64,000 nucleotides of DNA from Octopus sinensis. Its lineage: Eukaryota. Every line of letters begins with the position of its first letter. Position 1 is the first letter of the stretch. Below the pieces are notes generated by a model. That model worked only from the letters and a program-made list of their open reading frames with translations. It did no database searches and was not told where the DNA came from. The DNA is taken from positions 83,142,001-83,206,000 of the forward strand of contig NC_043002.1 of assembly GCF_006345805.1 (NCBI RefSeq), written 5' to 3'. Below are positions 37,801-51,400 of this stretch, in pieces. Both the position numbers and the translations under genes were made by a program.

Positions 37801-40800
37801 TAAAGGCACTTCAATCACATTAAAAGACTCTGAAACTAATATTTGCTACAGCTATTTTTTTGATTACCCAATGTTTTTTCCCAGGCTCTGCTGTCCCACA
37901 CACATAAGACATAGATATTTGGTGTATTTTGTTGCCCCAGGAGACAACTGACCATCTTAAAGCCCATGCATGTCACCCATTGATTATTAGCAAGTATCAG
38001 TATCTTGAAATTAAGATGTGATGGATTTCATTTTAGGAATTAGCATATCAAAAAAATAAATCACCAAAGCAGGTAAAAACATCCTAACAACAAAATACCT
38101 GTTGGGTTGTGTAATCCATCTATTTAATACATTGCAATCCATCTATTTAATATAATTTTAAAACCATTTTTTTCAGCTGATTTTTGTCCACCACCTTTGC
38201 CAGTCAATGAGTCAAACCTAGAAACATGTCCTGATTTACACGGATTTAACTTCTTCTCTGGAAGTGAAATTTCTTTCATTGCCACATGGATTGGAATTGC
38301 ATTAATTCCTGGCAGTTAGTATTCATATTCAATTATATTCTCTATATAGAACTTTCTAATGCTAGGTTTGTAATAAATATGCTTAGTGTCATTAAAGGAG
38401 CCTTTGCATGGTTCTATATTTAAAAGATGAGGAATTATGTACATTATTTACATTCGACGGATATTTGTCCTCGTCTTGTTTGTTGTTAACACAATGTTTC
38501 GGCTGATATACCCTCCAGCCTTCATCAGGTGTCTTGGGGAAATTTCAAACCTAGGTTCTCATTCCTAAGGTATTTTTAGATGTTATTATTATTGTTATTG
38601 TTCAGGTCACTGCTTGGAATCAAACTTGGAATCTTGTGGTTAGTAGCCCGCGCTCTTAACCACTATGCCATATGCCTTTGGGAGAACATTAAACTGAAAG
38701 TGGAAGAATAAGCTTAGATATTGTACATGTATTTATACAATTTTTTTCATTAATGGCATAGTGGTTAAGAGCGTGGGCTACTAACCCCAAGATTCCAAGT
38801 TCGATTCCAAGCAGTGACCTGAACAATAATAATAATAATAATATCGAAAAATACCTTAGGAATGAGAAGCCAGGTTTGAAATTTCCCCAAGATACGTGAA
38901 GAAGGCTGGAGGGTATATCAGCCAAAACGTTATGTTAACAACAAACAAGATGAGGACAAATATCCGTCAAATGTAAATAATGTACTCACTCTAACCATGT
39001 TCTACCATCTGGCATGTTAAATAATGCGGTTCATGACAGATTGACTGAAAATACTATGGGATTGTCATGGCTAGAATACCTTTGACTGTATGGTTACTGG
39101 ATAAGGATAGACATGGGGGTAGGGTGAAGCAAACACTTGCTGAAATAAGAAGCCATACTGCATGAAATACAGAAAAACAGTGAAATAGCATTGCAAATAA
39201 TCATTTAAGTTCATTACTCTTTTTTTACTTATTTCAGTCATGTGAGTGCGGCCATGCTGGAGCACCGCCATTAGTTGAGCAAATCGACCCCAGGACTTAT
39301 TCTGTCGGTCTCTTTTGCCAAACCACTAAGTTACAAGGACGTAAACACACCAGCATCGGTTGTCAAGCGATGTTGGACACACACACACACATACATACAT
39401 ATATACATACATATATACGACGGGCTTCTTTCAGTTTCTGTCTACCAAATCCACTCACAAGACTTTGGTTGGCCCAAGGCTATAGTAGAAGACACTTGCA
39501 CAAGGTGCCATGCAATGGGACTGAACCTGGAACCAATTGGTTGGGAAGCAAGCTACTTACCACACAGCCATTCCTGCGCCTAAATTCAATAATTATGACT
39601 TGTTGATTAAAAAATTCAATGCTGTTGATCCTTGAGCTTTTGATCTGCTTGAAACCTATTCTGGTGCATCTTCATTATTATCCTGCATCACGTTTTTCAT
39701 TGGCTCTATAAAATCACCTAAATCTAGTCATTTCAGATTTTGACTTACAGAGAATTCATTTGGAATTATGGATAATGATCATACCATACATTTTTTAAAA
39801 AAATGATATCAGATTGTTGTTTTCTAATCAAGTATATGACATATCATCAAATGAGTGAATTGAAGCAAAATTGCAAGGATGGTACACCTGCAAAAGCTGT
39901 CACACAGGTGTTCCCATCAGAAAAAATGCAAATTTTGAGAACAGTAAACTGAAAGTGGAAGAATAAGCTTAGATATTGTACATGTATTTATACAATTTTT
40001 TTCATTAATTTTATTTTGAAATGTAGGATTAAAATAAAAATACCACTATTTTTATTCCCTTCATATTATTCTATTAAATTTTTAGTGTGCAACCAACTTT
40101 ATAATCTAAAAAATATACAATGACTAGTTCTGCTTTTGAAGACTTAGATACTAAATATAGACAAAATTTTCTCATGTCCCCAAATTTAAAGTAAACCCAT
40201 TGAACCATTACCTTTAAATCAAGTCACCTGTTCATAGTATCATGCTATAGTATTAGATAGAATAATAGGTTAGGGATAAATCTCCTTTCTGAGCCCTATA
40301 GACCTATTGGGCCAGTTTTCATAGTGCATATATTTCCCACCCCACCTCTAGCTGGGACATGAGGCTGTTGTAGGGTTACTCGTTTTTGCCAGCTGAGTGG
40401 ACTGGAGCAACATGAAATGATGTAGTTTGTTTAAGAACACAATCTGTCACCTGTTCCAGGAATTAAAACCACAATCTTGTGATCACGTGTCCAATGCTCT
40501 GACCCTAAGTCTCATGCTTCCACACATGGATTGAATCTAGAACCAAATGGTTGAGAAAATTTTAATCATGTAGCCATATGTGTAAAATAACTAAGAAAAT
40601 TTTGAGACAATATTACATACCCATTTAGGTCTCTTTGGGGAAACTAAGAGATTAATGCAGTGAATTGGCGGTCATAAGAATACCATGAGGCATTTTTTGT
40701 GACTCTCTATGCTCTAAATTCAAATTCCACCAATGTCAACATTGTCTTTCATCCTATGAGGGTCGATTTTAAAAAAGAAAAAGCTATCAGTTCAGGATGG

Positions 40801-43800
40801 TGTATTGCTAGAACTGTATGACAGTAGGACTTGATGCTATCCAGTATTTATTCCTGCACTTTCTATTCTAAGTTCAAATTATACCATGACTTATTTGGGT
40901 GATGGACCTAATCTATTATTCAGTTTAACACCACCATTTGGAACCTTTTATGTGATTTAGTATAGTCCATTCTATTGGAAGCATTTAGACCAAATTTCCA
41001 GTTTCAAGATCTCTTCTTCCTACTGTTTTATGACACTTAGAAGCTTTGTAAAAGTAGGGTAAGAGTGCCCATTTTCCCTGACTACATGATTACCCCCCCC
41101 CCCTAATCTTTCTAATAAAAATATTGATATCTGTTACTAAAATCTTTCTTTGACTAATTTTGATTTTTGAAACCTTTTTCTAGTATTCCTTCTCTTGACC
41201 TACACACTGGGATGGTATAAAAGATGTTATACGAATAAACTGAAGAATCAGTTCCTGAAAAATAACCATTCTGTTGAGATGCTACAAAATATAACTCAAA
41301 ATGTCTACAGAGGTAATGAATCAAATATTTATTTACAATGTATTTAGATACTTATTTAATCATTAATTATACATGGCTGTCTAGTAAGAAGTTTGTTTCT
41401 TAGCCACATGGTTCTGGGTTCAACCCCACTGCATGGCACATTGGGCAAGTGTCTTCCACTACAGCCTTGGGTCACAAAGCTTGTGGATTTGGCAGATGGA
41501 AACTGAGAACTATGTCAAGGGCATATGTGCCTGTGAATTGCTCAGCCACTTGTACATTAGTTTCACATGTAGGCTGTTCCATTTATTGAATCAACTGGAA
41601 ACCTTGTCGTCATAATCGATGGTGGGTGTCAGGTTCAATATGTCAACTATAATAAACTTCACAACATCTGACAGTTGAATATCTCAAAGTCACCAAGATT
41701 GGCCTTCTTCAGAGCATATGTAGAGAGAATTCCCTACAGAGTCAAAACCTAACTTAGAAGAATTTCAAGATTGCCTTGGTAGTACATGCACCCCATGTAG
41801 ACTCTAAACATCTTGTAGCATGAATACAAGACCAATGAGTTTTGTGGACACATTCCACTCATTTCTACTTGGTTGTTCAATGTAGAGTAAATTTTGCTGG
41901 CTAATCTTATGCTGAACACCGGGCTATATCAGATATTATATTTTGGAAACTTTGTACACTGACAGAGAATGAAGACCATTCAACTACATTGATGTCAATG
42001 GCAGACACATAAAATCTAGGACCTACTAAAGCTAATCGAGGTCAAAGATACCATATGTAACATGGTGAAATGCATCTCAGTTTCAATAACATGAGATGTC
42101 TATGGCCTAGCTTCTAGGGCATAGTTCCTATAGGATTAGTTAAGTTAATTTTTTGGCTCAAAAAGCAAAAAACAAGGCACAATTTATATGAGTAGAATTT
42201 AGTTAAAATTCATTTTCAATTATTGAAGAAGTTTTTAAGTTATATTTAATGATTTTTTATAAAATTGTTGCAATATTATATTGATTTCTCCATCAATAGA
42301 AAGCTATATATCTTGTAGTGGTGGTGATTATTGTTGATCTGCTTCTACTCATTTCTTGACTGTTACTTTAGCAACCTTCAGGAAGATAAAAGACCAGATC
42401 AATTTTGGAATAATTTGAACTCAGAATGTAAAGGAGTGTAGCTGATTATAGCTAGACATTTTCTCCATAGTTGTCATGTCTCTACCAATTCACCATTACA
42501 ATATTCTCACTAGAGGAGAATGAAAACTTTTCTTAAACATTTGAGCCATATATGATAAAAAATTTTTATAAAAAATAAATGTTAATAATATTGAATTTAA
42601 ATGAAGTTTATTGTGAAAGTTCATATAAATATATCAATTTTATTGTAAAAATTCATATGGCTTTTTATTGCTAATTCACAAGAAAATATTTCTAGTATTC
42701 CTTCTCTTGACCTACACACTGGGATGGTATAAAAGATGTTATACGAATAAATTGAAGAATCATTTCCTGAAAAATAACCATGAGCTTTCAAATGGTTTCA
42801 TGAATATAAAAGATGTTACTTTTAAAGTTAAAACTTCTTTTAGTTTTGTCAAATGTTTATATTATATACCTCATTTTCTTTATTTTAATTGACAGTCTTG
42901 GAATGGATTGAACATCCAGAGTCTTCAAATACACTTGAAATTTTTTTCCGTGAAAGTTCTACAATAGACATGTGGGAAAATGGTAAAAAAATTCGGACTT
43001 TATGCTTTCAAGACATGGATGATATTGACATAACTCTTGCAGTCAATAGGGGCTGTACATTTCTTCTCATTAAAGTACCAAGATCATATGATTTAGTAAA
43101 TAGCTTTATTTATTTTTTTAATTTTATTTACTAACAATTTTCTACAGCTCTCACATTTGTTTTTAGTCTTGTCTACTCTTTGCAGTATCATGTTGATTTT
43201 TAGTTTCTTGTCATAAAAATCCGAGTTAGTCATAGTTAAATCAAACAAAGAAATAAGTAAAAATAACCTATGAGAGAAATTGAAGTTTTATGTCTTTTGG
43301 TATTGGCATATTGTTGACTCCATATCAGCTCTGATCAAGCACACCTTTGGTTAAAAGTACTGCGTCTTTGATCATACTTTATTTTATTCAGTGTATCCAG
43401 GACTACATTATCCAATGTGTTCCTTTTGTTTGTTTTTTTTTTATAAAAAAAACTTTATAGTGTGATTTGAGGAAAATTTGGTTACTACTTCTAGAAGATT
43501 TGAATAGAGGTTTCCTTGTTGATATTATTTGGAGAGATTTGATGGCTCAAACTTTTATATATCTAGAACTAAACTTTTGCTAAACATCTTGCGGTGAAAA
43601 TCTTGTTTTGCCCATTGAACAAGAATTAGATACAATTGAAATAAAGTTTGGTCATGTTTTTCTTCATTCATCTCAGTCTTGTCCCACAACTACATCAATA
43701 TTCTGATGTTTTAGGCCATTACTAAGTTCACTCATAGCTATATTTTAAGAATTCTTTGAATTCAAGTATATTCTATTGTAAAGCTAAATTTCTATTTTTT

Positions 43801-45443
43801 TCAATTGGTTTTTGGTTCCATGTTCTGTTAGTCTTAAGCTACAAGTAACCCAATCGTTGCAATATATCCTTGCTAGAGAGCCACCTCTGTTCAATCTACA
43901 AGACACAACTGCCAAATTTCCCTCCAATCAAACCCTACTGCCTTATGAATACATCAAATAACACAGTGCCTACTTATCCTTAAAATGACAAGAAGGTCAC
44001 AACTGGATTGTCTATGATTATTGGTTTACTTGATCAATGTTGACCTAGGATGAAGCAACTACTTCAAAGCAAAATGTGACTTCATAATTCCAACTATAGC
44101 CCTTAGGATGTCTTATTGAAATTCCTTTGGTAATGGTTAAATTTTAGACATGCATTCATGTCATCATAAACTGACTCGTTATGAATTCAAATATTATTGA
44201 CATACTGAGATACCCAAAGGATGTATTCCAATAGGTTATGATGGGAAGTAACTATCAGAGTTGCTTCCTAGCAGAATATAAAAAGATTGATTTGACATGA
44301 GAACACAGCTGAACTCTAGCTTGACATGTCTCATAAATTTTGAGTTTCATTATCCAATAATTTTAATTCATTCTTCATTTGTAAAGGGACATTACAAGAC
44401 TAAACTTTTGCAAACTGGACTCAGTCCTTTATAGACTTTACATTAAAGTATTACTTATGAACCCTATTTTAACAATATATATAGTTAATATATACCATAA
44501 CACAAAAAATACATGTCTATTTACAGACACTGATCTTTGTACTAAATGCTTTATTAAAGGCAACAAACTAACATCCAAAATAGCAAACTGCTAATTTTTA
44601 TTTTAACTGAAATGACTTTTTAAGAGTAAATAAGTCTTATTTTTTTCTCACAGATTCTGCAATTTAAAACAGAACAGGACCGTTTAAAGTTTGCAGAAGA
44701 AATAGACAGTGACATAAAAAGCAATGGTAAAAAAGTCACCTGGCACTATATGAAGCAGAAAGAGCTGTTGTCTTCAGCTATTACAAGGAAGAAGAGAAAG
44801 AAACTCTTGGAGAAATTCCTCAAGAATGTCTTTTCTGAGGTTAGAAATTGAATTGTTATTTATGCGATTTTTTTCAGGTGATTTTGTTTTCTAAAGATGG
44901 CATAGTTTCAACTGTCTTTAGGAACTTCTGAGAAAATTCTAGATATTCAATGTCTATGTGTATCCCAGTTTTAGAATAAGTACACCATGCCCCTGTGTGT
45001 TGTAAAAGGTGACTGAAACGGTTTGAAACAGGGAAAACATTTGGCTGTAAAACACTGCTTTGGAAACCATCCAACTCATGCCAGCATAGAAAAGTTGATG
45101 TAAAACACTAATGACGACATCCTACAGGTTGATACAGTTTTGATAGCTATATCACAAGATAATACATAGTTGAAGAATTTAAGCAGTTGGTAAATCAATA
45201 GCTTCCAGGAATAACTTTGTGAATATTCATGTTGCTCATTTTAAACATGTTATTCAAACCTCCCTGTATTATATTTGTATAGACTTGATATAAATTTAAA
45301 ATCTGTAATTATAATTCCCTATGGTTCAGGGTTCATTCCCACTGTGTGGCACCTTGGGTAAGTGTCTTCTACTATAGCCTCGGGCCAACCAAAGCCTTCT
45401 GAGTGGATTTGGTAGAGTAGATGGAAACTGAAAGAGGCCCGTC

Positions 45444-45491
<48 letters not shown>

Positions 45492-48389
45492 TTGTTTTTG
45501 TCCCCCAACACCGCTTGACAACTGATGGTGGTATGTTTATGTCCCTGTAACTTAGTGGTTCGGCAAAAGAGACCGATAGAGTAAGTACTAGGCTTACAAA
45601 GAATAAGTCCTGGGGTTGATTTGCTTGACTAAAGGTGGTGCTCCAGCATGGCCACAGTCAAATGACTGAAGCAAGTAAAGAGTAAGAGTACCTATATCAT
45701 ATCTTCCCATTGTTTCTCAAAGCTTTCACTTAACAAACGGTTTGGTAATTTGGGATTGTTGTATGTGTGATGAAATACTTTTAGAAGATTGAAAATGGTT
45801 AACATGATTCACAGAAAATTTCTAATAGTCATGACAAGAATGCTAGTGAGATGACTCTCAAAATCTTCAATCCCTTCTTGTTGAACAGAGAATGATTAAG
45901 TTGAAGATTGAAACTGAAAGGAAATTTAAGCAATTTTATTAATTTTCTATTAAATTAGGTATAGAAATTGTAAAGAAAACATTTGAAAACGTGTCAAAAG
46001 CTCTAAACTGATGAAATGTACATATAGAAACATGGAAAAGATTATGTAATTGTTGACTATGTGCAGAAACACAGACATTGTCAAAAATTCTGACCATTTG
46101 AGTGTGATCCTTACCTGCATCGCGTTACTGGTACTTGAGCTGGTGGCATGTGAAAAAACATTCAAGCGAGGTCGTTGCCAGTGTCGCTGGACTGGCCCCT
46201 GTGCAGGTGGCACATAAAAAGAACCATTTGAGCATGGCTGATGCCAGTAACACCTGACTAGCCCTCATGCTGGTGGCACATAAAAGCACCCACTACACTC
46301 TCGGAGTGGTTGGCGTTAGAAACTCTGCCAGATCAGATTGGAGTCTGGTGCAACCATCTGGTTAGCCTGTCCTCAGTCAAATCGTCCAACCCATTCTAGC
46401 ATGGAAAGCAGATGTTAAACGTTGATGATGATGACTGTTAAGAATATCTGACAAAGCAAAATTAATAGGGAAGAGCTTAATGTATATATAAACAAGTAAA
46501 AAGATCATTACTTAAGAAAAAAAAAATGAAAACTAAAAACCCCTTTCCAGCTTTGATAGAAATTAGTCATAGTTTATCATGAGTAATGCGATTATGATAT
46601 GGTATTACATTAAAATTATATGCTTCAAACTGATCTTCTAGCTGATGGAAGGAAAACCTTCAACACAATAATTTCCTGAAATTATTTCACTTCATCACTG
46701 CATTTAAGTGGCATGTTGATAGTTGGATAAAATAGCTGTTGATATTTGGCTGTCATTTTGCATTCAGTTTAAATCCTGCTGAGGTCAACTTTATCTTTCA
46801 TCTTTATCATTAAAAAGTACCATTTCAGGTACAGTTAATTGGGATAATCATAAGAACATCAGATTGAATGCCTTGTGTTCCCCCAACTCCTTTTTTTTAA
46901 AAATATTTCTGGCTTATTGAAAGTTCTGGGTTCAAATCACCCCATGGCCTACTTAGGTGGTAGACTTGTTCTGCCACATCACTGCTTGATGCCTTGAGCC
47001 TCTGGTTTGAGGATATCTTTCTCTCTCCCACCAGCCTCAGCAGTCCTCTTAAGAGTAAAAGTACTGCTTTTCCCTTTGGAGTAAATGATAAAAGAAAATT
47101 GAATTTCAATATTTTAAATTTCATCACATTAAAAACAGACCTGATAGAACAGAGAAATCAGTTGTCAACACTTTCTCTCCATAAATATCCTAAAGGAGTT
47201 CTAATCCTAAAACAAAGTACAGTACCAGACAAAAGTAGTACTCACTGTCGACCAATATTATTAAATTTTTTATTGCTTGCATTGTTTTGACTTAAAAGAT
47301 ATTAAAAATATGACAGTGCTTCATGAAGAAACTATACCTCTCTCTCTCTCATATATATATACACACATACATACTTCAAAATTTTCTTTTGTTTTCAGGC
47401 ATTTAATTTAGATTATGATCCTAATTTGGATAAAAAACAGATGCACCACTCTAAAGACATGCTGGACTTTGAGATGTCAAAAGTAAGTATATTTTCTAGT
47501 GTTGATGAAGATAATGATAAATTATATCAAGTTCTGTGGAGGCACATGGCCTAGTGGTTAGAGCAGCAGACTTGCAGGTTCAAATCTCAGACCGGGTGAT
47601 GTGAGTGTTTATGAGTGAAACACCTAAGCTCCATGCGGCTCCAGCAGAAGGTAATGGCGAACTTCTGCTGACTCTTTTGCCACAACTTTCTCTCACTCTT
47701 TCTTCCTGCATTTTGCAGTTCACCAGCAATGGACCGGTGTCCTGCCCAGGTGGGGAACCTATACACCAAGGAAACCGGGAAACCGGCCCTATGAGCCAGG
47801 CATGGCTCGAGAAGGAACAGACAGTATCAAGTTCTATCATCTGCTGGCGATTGCTTCACCAGTTGTATACATTTTATTCCATCCTGTGATATATTGACTG
47901 TAATGCTACATCTACTAAATAGTGGTAGCATCTAACCTCTAATCCCTGTAACATGGACCAAACCATTAAACCCATCACATAACATACTACCCTCGCTATT
48001 TCCCCCAGTATAATGGAAACACGATGTAAACCACAGCCTGTGGAAATTCCTCCCGAGTGTGACTTTATTCATCTACTTACCACAGGATAGAATACCATGG
48101 ATTATATTAACACCTTAATTGAAGTCCTTACCTTTCCTTACTATGTCTATCACATTATTTAATTTTACTCTACTCTATCTTTTAACTACCTTTCACACAT
48201 GTTAGTTCCCTAACATTTGGACACTCTGAAGAAACCTAGGGGCACATCCATTATCCAAACCCTGTCCAATGTCTGTTCATCCCTGTATATTACTGACGTG
48301 ATGAAGATAACTAGGATGTTTTTGTTGCCTCGTGGTGGAAACGGCAGTAAGGGATTAGTACCTGTACACTCATTTATGATTATTCATTT

Positions 48390-48420
<31 letters not shown>

Positions 48421-51400
48421 GCTGTATGTGATTTTAATTATTTTAACAATTTATATTAATGTTTTTTTTTTAATAACTACTTGTATTCTTATCTTATACG
48501 TATTGAATTTTATACTATATATATATGTATGTTATTATGGTTGTCGTTTTGATAAATAAGTCAACATTCCAATATCCTAAAGCTGATAAACCAACTAATG
48601 TGTTTCTCCATTTTCTTATTTGTAATATAAATTAATGGTAACATATTTCTTTACCTTCACCTATTTAATGCAATAAGTAAGTTTATTGCAATTAAAAAAC
48701 ACTTGTGTATTAATAATTTGGGTATTATACCAACAGTATATTGGATAAGTATTATCCCTTAGTGGGTTGGATCCATAACCCCTAACTTACTTGGTGTTAT
48801 ATACATATATATATATATATGTTTATGCAGTTATTGATTTGGACAGGGATGGTACTGTTTGTCAGTCCAGAGGAGTGTAGATCATTATAGTATGTAATCC
48901 AATGCTGTTGAATTAGATACGTCTGACTTTGGTTAGCATTTCAGAGTGAAATATGCTGTAAAATTTAATTTGTTCAACTTGACTCTGTCTGATAAAATTA
49001 CCTTAGTTGAAAATCCAAGACCTTGTGTTGGCACATAGCCAATCAAAAACATACAAAATTCTGTTAGTTTCACTTAATGTAATTTTAAGGATAATATGTC
49101 AGTCTATTCATTTGAAATATATCTATTCATTTTTTTTCTTTGGTCTTTTACAATTTCAAAATTTAGGCTGAATTTGCAGAAGCTTTGGCAATGAAAACCG
49201 ACTCAGAATTTGTTGAACGAATGTTTAGTCTTGCTGACTCTGGAAATAAAAATTACATTTCCTTCCGTGATTTTTTCAACATTGTTGCATTATTCACGAA
49301 GGGTAAGTCAACAATCAGTTCCTTATTTTCACTACCCTCTCTTTAGTTACCAGAAATCAAGGCCTTAATCAAGATTTTGTGGGCTGTCTTGAATTGAAAC
49401 CATGGAAGACACCAATGAACAGGGCTGGACTGAGAGTATTAAGAGCCCTTGAGTATAACTGTTTACCAGCCCCCTTTGAATGTGTGTTTTAGTAGAGTTA
49501 ACATGTAGAGTGCAGGCCCATCAGAGCCCTGGGCCCTTGGGCAGTCCCTGATTGACCAATGGCTCAGTCCATCCCTGCTAATGAGAATTGTTTTTAACCT
49601 TGTTAGAGATGGCAGTTAATAACTGAGTCAGTACCAAACCATGCATTCTCTGCCAGAGTTGCATTTTAATGAGGTAAATCAAAGAAGCCAGTTGTCACAT
49701 AGAAATGGATACATGTTTATAGAAGATGCAAGTATGGCTAAGTTCTAAGATTATTTTGACTTCTATTTTTGTAGGGACAGCAACAGACAAGTTAAAGATG
49801 TTATTTCGCATGTATGATGTGGATTCCAGTGAAACTCTGGACAGATCTGAAATTTTGGTAATGTTCAAGTAAGTTATTTCTTTTTCCAGTCTGAAGCACA
49901 ATGATGTTGCTAAGAAATTTGTTTTGCTCTGGCTCTTGAACTTCTTAGGGTCTTGGAGAAGTGGTGTGATGCCATTCAGTGGGCTGATACCTCCTTTTTG
50001 GATCATAGAGAAATATGGTCATGTTTCTTCTATCACCAGATCAGAAAAAAAGTGACCTTCATTGGCTTCTAACAGATCAGAGCCCATATTTCTCTCCCTC
50101 AAATAGACTATCAGCTGCCAAAGTACCCAATCTTCACACACCTTCTGATACCTGTAGTCTTCCATCTTTTAGAATTCTTTGTGACCACATCCCAATTGTG
50201 CAGCAAGCTCCATGAATTGTGACTTATTTACCCATGTGAAATCAATTTGTCCACTCACTGGTGATTCATGTCAGGGATCACAGCTGGTGGTCTTCCACTG
50301 CATGGTTTGACTTCAGTACTGGTTTTCATGTCTTTAAAATTCATCCATTTGTGCGCTTTGCTATTGTTGATGGTGTCATCTCTGTAAACTCCCTGTATAC
50401 TTCAGCAGATGTTGGACAGCTTGCACCCCTTTTTTTTGTCAAGAACTCAATGTCTGCATGCTGCTTTTGCTTGGAGCCCTTCATTTACTGACAGTGAAGA
50501 ACAAGAAGTGTTAATATTGAGAAAGAGTTATTCTATTAATACAGACAATTTGAATAATCCTTATCAGTTAATAAGTTGTATTCACTTTTGTATTACTTCT
50601 AGTACAACCTATGTTTATAACAATTCTTGAATTTAAATATATATGCCATGTAAAAGCACCCAGTACACATTATAAAGTGGTTGGCATTAGGAAGGGCATT
50701 CAGCTGTTGAAACCATGCTAAAACATACAAATGCATCCCAGGCAGCTCTCTAGTTGGCCAGCTCCTGTCAAACCATCCAACTTATCTCAGCATGGAGAAC
50801 AGCTGTTCAATGATATATATATGTATGTGTGAGTGTACTTTTTATGAAACAACTTGGCTATCCTTACTAGGAAAGTTGGATCAATAAGTTAGGTGTCTTG
50901 ACTTCAGAGAGAGAGAGAGTGCAATATTGGTGACATGATATTATTGGTAATATAGTACCATAAACTAAGCTTTGACTCTCTCTCATTGACTTGCAGAAGC
51001 ATTATATCTTTTGACTCTAAAATTCTTTTGTATAATATTTTATGGCACCTTTATTCCCAAGCTAATATTTTATAAAATTTATATTCTAAAATTGAGACCT
51101 ATGTAGTGAGGCACAAGGAGCCAGTATCATTTTGTATGAGATCTTGCTGCTAGCCATTACCATGCTTGAAACAGGAGTGAGATCTCACCTACAACCATTT
51201 GCCATGCGCGAGACGACAGCGAGACTCTCATCAGCAACGACTATTTAAGCAGGAGAATTAAGACATTCTTTCTCTTTCTTTCTTCTTGCTTACACTGAGG
51301 AAGACTGAAAAGCTGGCAGCTCACAGCGGACTCTTATCCTGCTCTAACTTCACCTGTTATCTCCAGAGGTAATGAAACTCACGCGAACGGAGCTACAATA

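Noticed and set aside
38753-38820. tRNA gene
   Set aside because: No acceptor stem, and it is fused to a retroelement tail; treated as a SINE head
41680-41716. Hammerhead-like CTGAAGA on the minus strand
   Set aside because: GAAA box and stem III missing; too decayed to call
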